Source: Shigella phage ESh26
Length of the DNA: 64,000 nt
Sequence record: ON528736
Reading direction: 5' to 3' (one strand)
Position 1 is the stretch's first letter. Each line of letters starts with the position of its first letter. Position numbers and translations under genes: made by a program. The notes under the pieces were generated by a model. The model was not told where the DNA came from and made no database searches. It saw only the letters and a program-made list of their open reading frames with translations. Shown piece after piece: positions 38,234 through 47,629 of the stretch.

Positions 38234-38446
38234 TCATTTTTGTCCTGTATTTACTTTATGCCGATGCACGGCCTTAACTTTATCAAGGTATTTTTCAAAA
38301 TTTCGCAATCTAGTATAGTCTGCCGGAGATTGGTTGAGTGATACTTCTCGACGCAAAGCTGAAATGATATTTCCAACTTCCCTACGAATTTCATCTAATT
38401 GAAGAACAGTAAGATTGCGAAGTTGCTTTTCAGTTAATTGTAGCAT
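38234..38446 (-). CDS. hypothetical protein
   Basis: 70 aa ORF between tk and rI. Confidence 0.45.
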
Positions 38447-38488
38447 ATATACCCCTTTAGTTAGATAAACCTATTTATAACTTTTGCA

Positions 38489-39070
38489 CTAACCGAGCTT
38501 TTTAGTTAATTCATTCCAATGTTTTCTACACAAAGAAACATAAATTTCATCACCAATACAGATTTGATTGCCTTCTTTAACTGGTGTTCCATCTTCCATT
38601 AATCGAGCTGTCATAATAGCTTTTTTACCACAATGACAAACTGCTTTTAGTTCAATAAGTTTATCTGCAATCGCCAAAAGTTCTTTAGAACCTTCAAATA
38701 ATTTTCCAGCGAAATCAGTCCTTAGCCCATAAGCCATAACAGGAACATTATATGTATCAACAATTCGGCTTAATTGATGCACCTGTTCAGTTTTTAAAAA
38801 CTGGGCTTCATCTACAAATACACAATGAATATCTTTTTGTGCTTCAGCCCATTTATAGAACTCAAAAATATCCATATCATCCGTAATAATATTCGCTTCC
38901 TGTTTAATTCCAATGCGAGAAACGACTTCACAGACAGAATCGCGAGTATCAATAGCAGGCTTAAGAACTAATACACCCATTCCGCGTTCTTTATAATTAT
39001 GCGCAGCAGTCAAAAGAGAAGCAGATTTTCCAGCATTCATTGCTGCATAAGTAAAAATTAAACTCGCCAT
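38489..39070 (-). CDS. tk: thymidine kinase
   Basis: 193 aa, P-loop AMNAGKS, C-terminal Zn ribbon. Confidence 0.9.
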   Translation of the reverse strand: MASLIFTYAAMNAGKSASLLTAAHNYKERGMGVLVLKPAIDTRDSVCEVVSRIGIKQEANIITDDMDIFEFYKWAEAQKDIHCVFVDEAQFLKTEQVHQLSRIVDTYNVPVMAYGLRTDFAGKLFEGSKELLAIADKLIELKAVCHCGKKAIMTARLMEDGTPVKEGNQICIGDEIYVSLCRKHWNELTKKLG

Positions 39071-39079
39071 ATCACCTTC

Positions 39080-39265
39080 TTAAAGCGTATTCACATAAGC
39101 TATTAATTCGTTTTCTTTCTTATCAAACCGATCAGCAAATTCTTCCTGTTGTTCGGGAGATAGCGGGCCGTATTCATCATAAAAGGTGTTTGCTTCTGTA
39201 TGCTCATCTAGAAGTTCATGGATAAGCTCAAACAATTTATCTTTTTGTTCTTTGCTTAGGCTCAC
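39080..39265 (-). CDS. small acidic protein
   Basis: 61 aa ORF. Confidence 0.4.
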   Translation of the reverse strand: MSLSKEQKDKLFELIHELLDEHTEANTFYDEYGPLSPEQQEEFADRFDKKENELIAYVNTL

Positions 39266-39434
39266 AGTATGTCAATCCCCAAAAGTTTTAAAATGACTCG
39301 TTTCTGATTCATAACCGCTACGATTGAATGACCGTTGGGGTCTTTTTGACCCGATCCAATTATAAATCCTTTTTGTGCAGAAAGTTCAATCAAAACATCG
39401 AGTTCACGTAATAGTTGATATTTTAAATCATCAT

Positions 39435-39662
39435 TCATTTTGGTTTACCTTCTTTAACGAAATCAGGATAAGGATAAAATCCTGAATAAAATCCTTCACC
39501 TTTATGATTGATGCATCCTTTATTAGAACAATAGCACCAATAATCGAAATCACAAGCCATTTCATCATTACATAAAGCAAAAACAACCGGCCATTCACAC
39601 TTTTCGCAGTGGGCATTTTTAAGAATACTAGTTTGGCTCATAACCATGTAACCTTTAAGCAA
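39435..39662 (-). CDS. Cys-rich small protein
   Basis: 75 aa, 9 Cys. Confidence 0.4.
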   Translation of the reverse strand: MLKGYMVMSQTSILKNAHCEKCEWPVVFALCNDEMACDFDYWCYCSNKGCINHKGEGFYSGFYPYPDFVKEGKPK

Positions 39663-39850
39663 TATTCTTCTACGTGCTGTTTACGACCTTTCTTATCAAT
39701 AAAGGTATATTCAACGAATGTTCCAATATAGTCTTTATCTACATCATGTGGACTATTAATTGGACATTTAGTACGGCAAATGCGTTCCCATTGACGAATA
39801 ATTTCCACTTTGTTTTTAGGATCAAACGGATGCGGGTAATGTACTTTCAT
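39638..39850 (-). CDS. hypothetical protein
   Basis: 70 aa ORF. Confidence 0.4.
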   Translation of the reverse strand: MKVHYPHPFDPKNKVEIIRQWERICRTKCPINSPHDVDKDYIGTFVEYTFIDKKGRKQHVEEYCLKVTWL

Positions 39851-40301
39851 AATCCACCACTATTAAATCAATATCAGGAGTAAACATGTCGATTAATTTA
39901 GAAACCTTATCCCAATCGCCGCCAGCAATACCGCAACCTATGCGTGGAATGTAAATTACTGGTTTAAACAAAAGGGTTTCTGCCTGTAGATTTAATTCTA
40001 TCATGCAGTTTACTAAAGCACCATAATCAAGATTAGGACCCGGTTCGTATTGCGTATACAAATTATAGCACATACTAAATCCTGTAGGATTATGTTTAAA
40101 AACAATAGACATATCGCCTAATTTATCACGAGAACCGTACTCGGTAGTGGTTTTATCTATTTCTAAAATTTTGGGATAGGCTCTTGCTAATTGACCTGCT
40201 ACGCCAGAGCCCATTGTGTGAAAGCAATTGCACCCGTGCGCAATAATATTACCTTGAAGAAATAGGGCGACAATATCGCCCTTGATATATTTTACAATCA
40301 T
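39822..40301 (-). CDS. macrodomain-like protein (ADP-ribose binding/processing fold)
   Basis: 159 aa; KGDIVA...IIAHGCNCFHTMGSGVAGQLARAYP and IYIPRIGCGIAGGDW align by eye to macrodomain motifs. Confidence 0.5.
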   Translation of the reverse strand: MIVKYIKGDIVALFLQGNIIAHGCNCFHTMGSGVAGQLARAYPKILEIDKTTTEYGSRDKLGDMSIVFKHNPTGFSMCYNLYTQYEPGPNLDYGALVNCMIELNLQAETLLFKPVIYIPRIGCGIAGGDWDKVSKLIDMFTPDIDLIVVDYESTLPASV

Positions 40302-40639
40302 CTAGTACTCAATCCTCGATTATAAGAATCTACTAAACGGTCAACCATTGAATGACAAGCGGCTTTATCTTTCTCCTCCGCAACTGAACATTCTAAGGTA
40401 TTCCACTTTTTAGCATATCGTTTTAACAATGTATCATTTTTGTATCTGCTTGATTTATCTCTTTCTCCGTCTTTATATGCATATATTAATTTCTGTGCAA
40501 ATTCAGCTTGGCATGCTTTATTTTTCCCACAATAATCCGCGGCGGTACGGTTTACATACTCTCTAATTTCAGTATATGATGTATCTGCTAACGCAGAAAA
40601 TGAAATTAATCCTATACATAAAACCAAAATTTTAGTCAT
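40298..40639 (-). CDS. secreted protein (signal peptide)
   Basis: 113 aa, MTKILVLCIGLISFSALA. Confidence 0.45.
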   Translation of the reverse strand: MTKILVLCIGLISFSALADTSYTEIREYVNRTAADYCGKNKACQAEFAQKLIYAYKDGERDKSSRYKNDTLLKRYAKKWNTLECSVAEEKDKAACHSMVDRLVDSYNRGLSTR

Positions 40640-41177
40640 TTACTATTTCCAAAAGTTTATTATTTTTAAGGTAATTAGCCTTTTCTAGGACTTCAGAAGC
40701 ATATTTAGAACCTGCTTTAACATTCCATCCCGAATTATAAGAGGATATTGCTTTTCTTATATCACCCTTATGTATATTTAACCAATAAGAAAGTTCAATG
40801 TACGCCCAGGAAGCTGAATTGGACCGTTTATTCAACATTCTTTTTATTTCAGCATCGGTCATATTATAACCAAGTTCCTTGACTCTCGCTCGCATAGTAG
40901 GCAAATAATTTTGGAACATTCCATAGGCATGATGCTTTGGTTTAGATTTTAAATTAACTCCGGCAGAGCTTTCTTGCCATAAAATAGCAGCCATTATATG
41001 ACCCAATCCGCTCTTGTGGATATTTTTGTGTGTTTTATATTTTCCATCCTTAGAAAATTGTTCCCCGAATTGATATGCGTAGCGCATGTTATCGAGTTGG
41101 ACATTACTGAAAGTATGCTCGGAGCTATGTGCCATCATTGAAATGGCCAATAGACCAGCGAGTAGTGCTTTTCTCAT
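40632..41177 (-). CDS. periplasmic lytic transglycosylase-like (SLT domain) protein
   Basis: 181 aa, signal peptide, WQESSAG...AYGMFQ resembles SLT catalytic motifs. Confidence 0.5.
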   Translation of the reverse strand: MRKALLAGLLAISMMAHSSEHTFSNVQLDNMRYAYQFGEQFSKDGKYKTHKNIHKSGLGHIMAAILWQESSAGVNLKSKPKHHAYGMFQNYLPTMRARVKELGYNMTDAEIKRMLNKRSNSASWAYIELSYWLNIHKGDIRKAISSYNSGWNVKAGSKYASEVLEKANYLKNNKLLEIVND

Positions 41178-41184
41178 GCTTACC

Positions 41185-41646
41185 TCATTGAGTTTTAATT
41201 ACTGCTTTAGAAGCCTTTCCTGGTAAACGACGACTGTTGATAATTGCCATCCTACATTGAAGCGACGGGTCTTTGAACTTCGCATTAGGTTTACAAACTG
41301 TAAATCCAAGCCAAAGATTTCCATCTGTGATTTCTAAACGTCCAGGGCGATATTCAACCCCATCAATAAAATCCTCGTCAATGTCAGGACGCGGAGGCAT
41401 ACTCAGGAATTCATTAACTTCTAAAACATGGTCTTTTATTTTGTGGAATAATTCAAAAACATATGTCTCATCAATCTCCCGTTGAATTGCACGATCAAGA
41501 AGATGCTGAGAATATTTTAGATGAAACGATGAGACCCCTGCTGCTTTTGATGCCTCACGAATCTCATTGTTAATTTGACGAAACTCCGACTCAAAGTGAC
41601 GACGAAGCTTATTTCGACGGATAAAAACTTCTGTGTTGATAGTCAT
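41185..41646 (-). CDS. regB: RegB endoribonuclease
   Basis: 153 aa MTINTEVFIRRNKLRRHFESEF..., matches recalled T4 RegB. Confidence 0.8.
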   Translation of the reverse strand: MTINTEVFIRRNKLRRHFESEFRQINNEIREASKAAGVSSFHLKYSQHLLDRAIQREIDETYVFELFHKIKDHVLEVNEFLSMPPRPDIDEDFIDGVEYRPGRLEITDGNLWLGFTVCKPNAKFKDPSLQCRMAIINSRRLPGKASKAVIKTQ

Positions 41647-41671
41647 GTTATTCTCCTCTTAACTGATAGAA

Positions 41672-41703
41672 AAATTATACCACAGTCAAGAGGAAAAGTA
41701 AAC
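41672..41703 (-). promoter_or_regulatory. T4-type early promoter (regB)
   Basis: GTTTAC -35, TGTGGTATAAT extended -10. Confidence 0.65.
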
Positions 41704-41705
41704 AG

Positions 41706-41984
41706 TTATTCTTTAAATCTAATCAATTTATTCATAGACTTTGAAACTTCTGCACGGACCTCATGTAGGTTTTTAAGCTGTTCAAGACGCTGCTCATAGT
41801 AAGCAATTTCATCTTCTTCGAGACAGTCCTGTGAATCTTCTTTAAGATAACGTGCATAATCCTGGAAAGCTTTACGGACTACTTCTTGGAAGTCATCAAG
41901 ACTTTGAATTTTCTTAGGAGCAACAGATACACGACGAGGGGCAGTATAATACTCATAACCAAACCCTGCGCTTAATTGAGCCAT
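41706..41984 (-). CDS. hypothetical protein
   Basis: 92 aa from internal ATG ([13 protein letters not shown]). Confidence 0.35.
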   Translation of the reverse strand: MAQLSAGFGYEYYTAPRRVSVAPKKIQSLDDFQEVVRKAFQDYARYLKEDSQDCLEEDEIAYYEQRLEQLKNLHEVRAEVSKSMNKLIRFKE

Positions 41985-42250
41985 TAATATTTTTCCTCTG
42001 GTTGGAACACAGCACGACAAGCCCACATACTGGCTTCTTTGAGTTTCGTTTTAGCAATAGTTAACTGATCGAGGCTTTCAGCATAATTCTTCGCGAATTC
42101 ACAGTCTTCACAATTATCTAGTGCTTCCCAAAATTCATCGTATAAAGCGTCAAAGATAAGTCCTAAACGAACTTCAGCGTCTTTGATAGCATTCACTTTA
42201 CCGATTTTCTCTTCAGTGTGCGGCTTATAACCTTTAATGTCTTCAATCAT
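41984..42250 (-). CDS. vs.4-position protein, candidate Acb2-like cyclic-nucleotide sponge
   Basis: 88 aa from ATG 42248-42250 with GAGGAAG SD; assignment by synteny and size only. Confidence 0.35.
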   Translation of the reverse strand: MIEDIKGYKPHTEEKIGKVNAIKDAEVRLGLIFDALYDEFWEALDNCEDCEFAKNYAESLDQLTIAKTKLKEASMWACRAVFQPEEKY

Positions 42251-42464
42251 ATTTGACTTCCTCACCAGTACATAAATCATATTCAACTAAACGAATAGGT
42301 TCATGAATGCCATATCCTTGAACAGAAATTTCTGTCGTAGGATAAATTCCATCAATATCACCCATGGTCCACGCTTCATTAAATTGCTGTTCGCCTGAAT
42401 TACTAAACCACTCGGCGAAAGCATTTAACACATCTTTAGAACCTTCAATAATTATCTTTGCCAT
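42243..42464 (-). CDS. hypothetical protein
   Basis: 73 aa ORF. Confidence 0.4.
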   Translation of the reverse strand: MAKIIIEGSKDVLNAFAEWFSNSGEQQFNEAWTMGDIDGIYPTTEISVQGYGIHEPIRLVEYDLCTGEEVKYD

Positions 42465-42826
42465 TACAAGCTCTCAGTAAAGGTACGAGCGATAACGTCG
42501 CGCTGCTGTTCCGGAGTCAGAGAGTTAAAGCGAACTGCATAACCGGATACACGGATGGTCAGCTGCGGATATTTTTCCGGATGCTTAACTGCATCTTCAA
42601 GAGTTTCACGACGCAGAACGTTAACGTTCAGGTGTTGACCACCTTCAATTTTAACTGTAGGCTGTGATTCAATTTCAATTTCACGGGTGTGCAAACCGTA
42701 GAAAATTTCTGGGTCTACAAAAGAGTCCTCTTTAAAGGTTTTAGAAACAATAATTCGTGCTTGAATACCATCTTCAAAATAAATAGTACCTTTATGTGTG
42801 CCTTCAAGAATTTGATATGCTTTCAT
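42464..42826 (-). CDS. autonomous glycyl radical cofactor (GrcA/YfiD-like)
   Basis: 120 aa; C-terminal [61 protein letters not shown] matches recalled E. coli GrcA and PFL glycyl-radical motif RVSGYAV. Confidence 0.85.
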   Translation of the reverse strand: MKAYQILEGTHKGTIYFEDGIQARIIVSKTFKEDSFVDPEIFYGLHTREIEIESQPTVKIEGGQHLNVNVLRRETLEDAVKHPEKYPQLTIRVSGYAVRFNSLTPEQQRDVIARTFTESL

Positions 42827-42832
42827 ATAACC

Positions 42833-43213
42833 TCAATTAGAAAATAAATTTATCCAAGACTGTTCTTTAATTAAAAATGGCTCAGAATCATATGCCATTA
42901 AACTTTGGGTGATTAGTCCTTTAAAAGGTCCATCAATAAATTCCATGGTAAAATATGGAATTTTATTCATTAATCTTGCATTAGGAGCAGTACACAAAAC
43001 TCTGCATCCTTTGAATACACCTTTTTGTAATTTGTATTGCTTAGGATAAAATTCGCTCAAGACGTTGTTATTTGCCAAAATTTCAAAATGATTCACCAAT
43101 TTATTTTTAATAGTTTTTGGCGAAAAATAAAGATATTCGAAAAGCTGTGTGTCTGTCATCATTGCATTCCGATTACGAAAAACTGCGGACGAGTAATACC
43201 ACCAATGCAACAT
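42833..43213 (-). CDS. hypothetical protein
   Basis: 126 aa ORF. Confidence 0.4.
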   Translation of the reverse strand: MLHWWYYSSAVFRNRNAMMTDTQLFEYLYFSPKTIKNKLVNHFEILANNNVLSEFYPKQYKLQKGVFKGCRVLCTAPNARLMNKIPYFTMEFIDGPFKGLITQSLMAYDSEPFLIKEQSWINLFSN

Positions 43214-43746
43214 TTAATATTACAGCAGTAGTGTACAGTGTCAATATGGACACTATAAATCTTATCCATATCAGGAGATTTAACAGGCTCATCAATTATA
43301 TACAAAATTCGAGAAAGCGATAAACCTCTGAACTTGCTTCCTTTATTACCGATAAAACTACGGACAGAATCAGTAAATAAGCGGAATCGAATATCATCAC
43401 TAGAATAACGAGAAAATTCTTTTTTAATGTGGCCTGCAGAAATTTTAGCGTAAGCTGAAGTATTAGAAAGAACAATAACTGTTCCACCGTCATACAGCCA
43501 ATTAGCAGCAAAGTTAGTCACAGCAGTTGATTTACCAGATTGACGTCCACCATCTAGTCGAAGTGTGCAATACTGTTTGAGTAAGTCTTCAAATGGTGGG
43601 ATATAATCGTTTTTACAAATTTCTTCTACTCTAGCATCAGAATGGTGTGTAAAAGCATTCATCAGGGATAGATAAGGGCCAGTTAAAAATGTTCTCATTT
43701 TATTCTCTCTAAATTTGGGCCATTCCATGGCACATGAATTGTCCAT
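43159..43746 (-). CDS. P-loop protein
   Basis: 195 aa, GGRQSGKST Walker A-like. Confidence 0.45.
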   Translation of the reverse strand: MDNSCAMEWPKFRENKMRTFLTGPYLSLMNAFTHHSDARVEEICKNDYIPPFEDLLKQYCTLRLDGGRQSGKSTAVTNFAANWLYDGGTVIVLSNTSAYAKISAGHIKKEFSRYSSDDIRFRLFTDSVRSFIGNKGSKFRGLSLSRILYIIDEPVKSPDMDKIYSVHIDTVHYCCNIKCCIGGITRPQFFVIGMQ

Positions 43747-43851
43747 TTCTGTATTTACCCATTACCGCACTCAGGCTCGACCTTATTACAGGTTGGCGGG
43801 AATCCCTCATAGAATCATGAGGTCCAGCTTGTTCCCATATTTCTTATTTGC

Positions 43852-44329
43852 TTATTTGAATGATTTGACGTACTGAATAGAACCTTTACTATTCACGAAA
43901 GCGATTTTACCATTTTTGTTATACATGGTAGCAGTACGCTGATAGCCATAAGTTTGCTTACCAGATTGATAACCAACTAATGCAAAATTATCTTCACCCA
44001 TTTTATTCTGCTTCGCGCGGATACGTTCATGACCGTGCGCCATAAGAACCTTAGCATCGCCAGTTGAAATTGATCTACGAGTTTTTTCATCTTCAACTGT
44101 ACTAACAAAGTCGTCAAATGAATCAAATTTAGCATGAGATTTATTATACAGTTTTCCATCTACTGCATAATTATATCCCTGTACATCCATCTCAACTTCT
44201 GTACCATCATCCAATACAGCAGTGATTTTTTGACCTTTTTTAAATTTCAAAAGATCAGTAAAAGATTCAGCAATAATTTGAGAATTAATAGCTGGCTGCT
44301 TCAGTGATAAATTCTTGATATGTTTTCAT
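43852..44329 (-). pseudogene. internal-protein-like gene with capsid-targeting leader out of frame with its body
   Basis: ATG 44327-44329 encodes MKTYQEFITEAASY then TAA at 44285-44287; 132-codon body 43852-44250 is in +1 frame with no ATG; late promoter and SD upstream. Confidence 0.45.
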
Positions 44330-44338
44330 GTGTTTCCT

Positions 44339-44755
44339 TTAAATGTAAATATTTTTACCGTAGTATTTATACCAGTGTGGCTTCATTAAAATTTTTTCAT
44401 CGAGTCGTTGTTGACTCAATTTAATAGCAGATTTGCATGGATTATAATCATTTTTCCATTCTGCTGGAATATCGCTGATGTCAGGAACTTCAGTATCTTT
44501 TATACTAAACCCACGTTTTAAGCATTCCGTTATAATGTCTGATTGACGCTTTCGCAAAAATTCTAACTTATCGTAAAAGAACGTAACATGACCAGAACCT
44601 AAAATAAACTCAGAAGATATTTTAAAATCTTTAACCCGCTTACCATTTGCCACGTGTTTACGAACTATACCAAAAACACGTGGCAATTCACGGTATTCTG
44701 CGATTAAATGTTGATCAGCAAGTTCAGATACTAAAGTCAAATTAATACGAGTCAT
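44339..44755 (-). CDS. denV: endonuclease V (pyrimidine dimer glycosylase)
   Basis: 138 aa from ATG 44753-44755, [17 protein letters not shown]...; track ORF starts 12 codons upstream. Confidence 0.85.
   Translation of the reverse strand: MTRINLTLVSELADQHLIAEYRELPRVFGIVRKHVANGKRVKDFKISSEFILGSGHVTFFYDKLEFLRKRQSDIITECLKRGFSIKDTEVPDISDIPAEWKNDYNPCKSAIKLSQQRLDEKILMKPHWYKYYGKNIYI
44364..44371 (-). promoter_or_regulatory. late promoter TATAAATA (gp55-dependent)
   Basis: exact TATAAATA on minus strand about 35 nt upstream of ATG 44329. Confidence 0.6.
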
Positions 44756-44778
44756 TTTATCCCTCCAAGTAACTGTGA

Positions 44779-44811
44779 ATAATACTATCACAATTCTAGG
44801 AGAAAGTAAAC
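44779..44811 (-). promoter_or_regulatory. T4-type early promoter (denV)
   Basis: GTTTAC -35, GATAGTATTA -10. Confidence 0.6.
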
Positions 44812-44815
44812 AACT

Positions 44816-45346
<531 letters not shown>

Positions 45347-45802
45347 TTAAAAGAGGCTGTTCATTATTCGGTAAAGTGAAGGGCCCATCACATATTGCCA
45401 CTGAGTACGAGGAATAAGAGCAAAAGCATCCATCTCTGGAATCATAACGCCATCTTTATTTTCAAAATAAGACTCGCAATGGCAATTTCTGAACATCTCA
45501 TGCTCTACTGGAATCGTATAATAAAATAACTGTAAGTCTTTATTACTAGAATATTTAAATACACCTAGGTCTTCTAGAAGGTCTGGATTATAATTGTTAA
45601 AACCAGTCTCTTCTGAGCATTCTCTTCGTGCTGCATCTAATGCGCTTAAATCAGAATTTTCTACACGCCCCTTTGGAATATCCCAGCGATGTGCCATCAT
45701 TCCAGGCTTACGAGAACCAGTAACTCGTCCCATAAATAAATCTTTATCTTCTGTCATAAAGATAATACCAGCTGATAATGTTTTCATTTTAATTTCCTGC
45801 AT
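45347..45802 (-). CDS. nudE: Nudix hydrolase NudE
   Basis: 151 aa, Nudix box GRVENSDLSALDAARRECSEETG. Confidence 0.8.
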   Translation of the reverse strand: MQEIKMKTLSAGIIFMTEDKDLFMGRVTGSRKPGMMAHRWDIPKGRVENSDLSALDAARRECSEETGFNNYNPDLLEDLGVFKYSSNKDLQLFYYTIPVEHEMFRNCHCESYFENKDGVMIPEMDAFALIPRTQWQYVMGPSLYRIMNSLF

Positions 45803-46272
45803 TCAGTGATAAAGTTATTTAAATTTTGGGTATATTTCTTTTCATCAAAAATCTTTTGCTGCCTACGTAACCGCCATGGCATTTCAATGAACACGCACCA
45901 TATTCCTGATAGTACTGCTGCTGTAAAAATATTAACAAGTATAATTAAAAGAATCCAATCTTCCGTTCTGCCTACTGGACTTTCTCCAAAGAAGCAAAAT
46001 ACAAATGATGTCACAGGAAAACTAATAATATACCACAGAATAACCTTCTTATCTGTGAACCAATCAGCGTTCGTTAACTTAGCACGACCATTTTGAATAC
46101 ACACGAATTTATCATCTGTTACAGTAGATGGCTTAACTGCTTGATATCCCATTCTAAACTCCCTAATTAATCGTTTCTTTGTATCTTCAGAACAGCCGCT
46201 CCAGTCAACTCTATCAACTGAAATGCCATCGTCCCCATCATCTAAATCATACCAGCGAGTTTTTAAAATCAT
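45784..46272 (-). CDS. membrane protein, ECRK-tail family member 1
   Basis: 162 aa, hydrophobic helices, C-term ITECRKLK. Confidence 0.45.
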   Translation of the reverse strand: MILKTRWYDLDDGDDGISVDRVDWSGCSEDTKKRLIREFRMGYQAVKPSTVTDDKFVCIQNGRAKLTNADWFTDKKVILWYIISFPVTSFVFCFFGESPVGRTEDWILLIILVNIFTAAVLSGIWCVFIEMPWRLRRQQKIFDEKKYTQNLNNFITECRKLK

Positions 46273-46631
46273 TTAATTTTCCTACAATCACTCACAAACT
46301 CTTCCATTGATTCTTTTTCAATATAAGACATGTAGTTATTATATTCCTTTAATTGTATTTTGTAATCCTTTTTTCTTTGCCAATTTATTTTAAAATTATC
46401 ATAATGAAAATATATCATGGTACCAAAGAATGAAAATAATGAAATCGCTATAGTATAATGAAGTTCACTCCAAACTTCTATTATATTTACTGTGCCGTCG
46501 ATATTTAAAATAAGACAGTCAATTAACAATCCAATAAGACTACCCGCAAGAGCTGCAGCCAACGCCACAGCAAAAATTAAAAATGACTCAGGAAGCGAAT
46601 ATTTGACTTTATTTAGTTTTGGCTTTTGCAT
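46269..46631 (-). CDS. membrane protein, ECRK-tail family member 2
   Basis: 120 aa, C-term VSDCRKIK. Confidence 0.45.
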   Translation of the reverse strand: MQKPKLNKVKYSLPESFLIFAVALAAALAGSLIGLLIDCLILNIDGTVNIIEVWSELHYTIAISLFSFFGTMIYFHYDNFKINWQRKKDYKIQLKEYNNYMSYIEKESMEEFVSDCRKIK

Positions 46632-47026
46632 CGTGATTCCTTAACAAATTTCATAATTTCATCAAATTCATACGCAGCAAGTTTAAGCTGGTGTTCCTTT
46701 TTAATCTTTTTACACTGTGCTTTCCAATCACGTACGCGTTTACGATAATGTCTTCCTTGATACCAGTATCCTACCCAATTTACGGGTACTAATAAAAGTG
46801 GAACTATTAATGGAAGAATTAGCATTAACACAAGTATTTCGCCAGAATCAATATCAGTCATAACATCTAAAACACCTCCAATAATCAGTAGAATTACAAA
46901 TGATATAAGTATTACAGGACCTATTAATACATCAGTAGAAATTATCTGGCGCTTTAATTCATACTTTAAAGGTTTACTTGGAAGATACATTGATGGCTTT
47001 GACATATTCTCTACATTCCTTAACAA
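46613..47026 (-). CDS. membrane protein, ECRK-tail family member 3
   Basis: 137 aa, C-term VKESRCKSQN. Confidence 0.45.
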   Translation of the reverse strand: MLRNVENMSKPSMYLPSKPLKYELKRQIISTDVLIGPVILISFVILLIIGGVLDVMTDIDSGEILVLMLILPLIVPLLLVPVNWVGYWYQGRHYRKRVRDWKAQCKKIKKEHQLKLAAYEFDEIMKFVKESRCKSQN

Positions 47027-47588
47027 ATTTTTCTAATAATAAATCGCTTTCAAAATTAGGATTTTCCACGAATTTATCAAAAAGATCATCAACAATAGTT
47101 AAGATATTCTTTTTACTAAGAATACGTTTATTTTCATATTTTGTTTCAGAATCAACTATAAGAGTAAAGAAATATTTCTTTCCCTGAAATTTTACCGTAG
47201 TATCAATATAGAACAAATTTGACTTTTGTAAATTACGTTTAAACCATGCGTCACTTAAACTATAAACGCCAAGATAATCATAATCGTCATTTAAATAACA
47301 AACTGTCCATTCAGGAGAAATGAAATCAGTAAATTCAACATCAAAATCACATGTCAATGAATGAATTGATTCAATACTTTTAATGAGTATTCCAGGACGT
47401 ATTAAAGACTTTTTACCTCTAGAAAATCTTCCAGAAAGACTTTCATCAGTTTCATATGAAGACCCCCAATAGTAATTACGTCCTTCTGCCATGCGTTTAA
47501 GAGCATTTAGTAATTGGTCTGGAACATCAACCTGTCTTTGGAACTCTTCAAACATTGAATTGAAATCACTTTGCATTTTCATTTTCAT
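46974..47588 (-). CDS. soluble protein with related C-terminal KFVKECREY motif
   Basis: 204 aa ORF. Confidence 0.45.
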   Translation of the reverse strand: MKMKMQSDFNSMFEEFQRQVDVPDQLLNALKRMAEGRNYYWGSSYETDESLSGRFSRGKKSLIRPGILIKSIESIHSLTCDFDVEFTDFISPEWTVCYLNDDYDYLGVYSLSDAWFKRNLQKSNLFYIDTTVKFQGKKYFFTLIVDSETKYENKRILSKKNILTIVDDLFDKFVENPNFESDLLLEKFVKECREYVKAINVSSK

Positions 47589-47608
47589 TCCTATTTACTC
47601 CAAGTAAT

Positions 47609-47626
47609 AGGGGCCGAAGCCCCTTA
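47609..47626 (-). other. UUCG-tetraloop hairpin
   Basis: AGGGGC-UUCG-GCCCCU. Confidence 0.45.
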
Positions 47627-47629
47627 TCA

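Noticed and set aside
39431-39616. 61 aa ORF overlapping the Cys-rich ORF 39435-39662
   Set aside because: Two frames over the same DNA; the Cys-rich frame looks more protein-like, so this one was not called.
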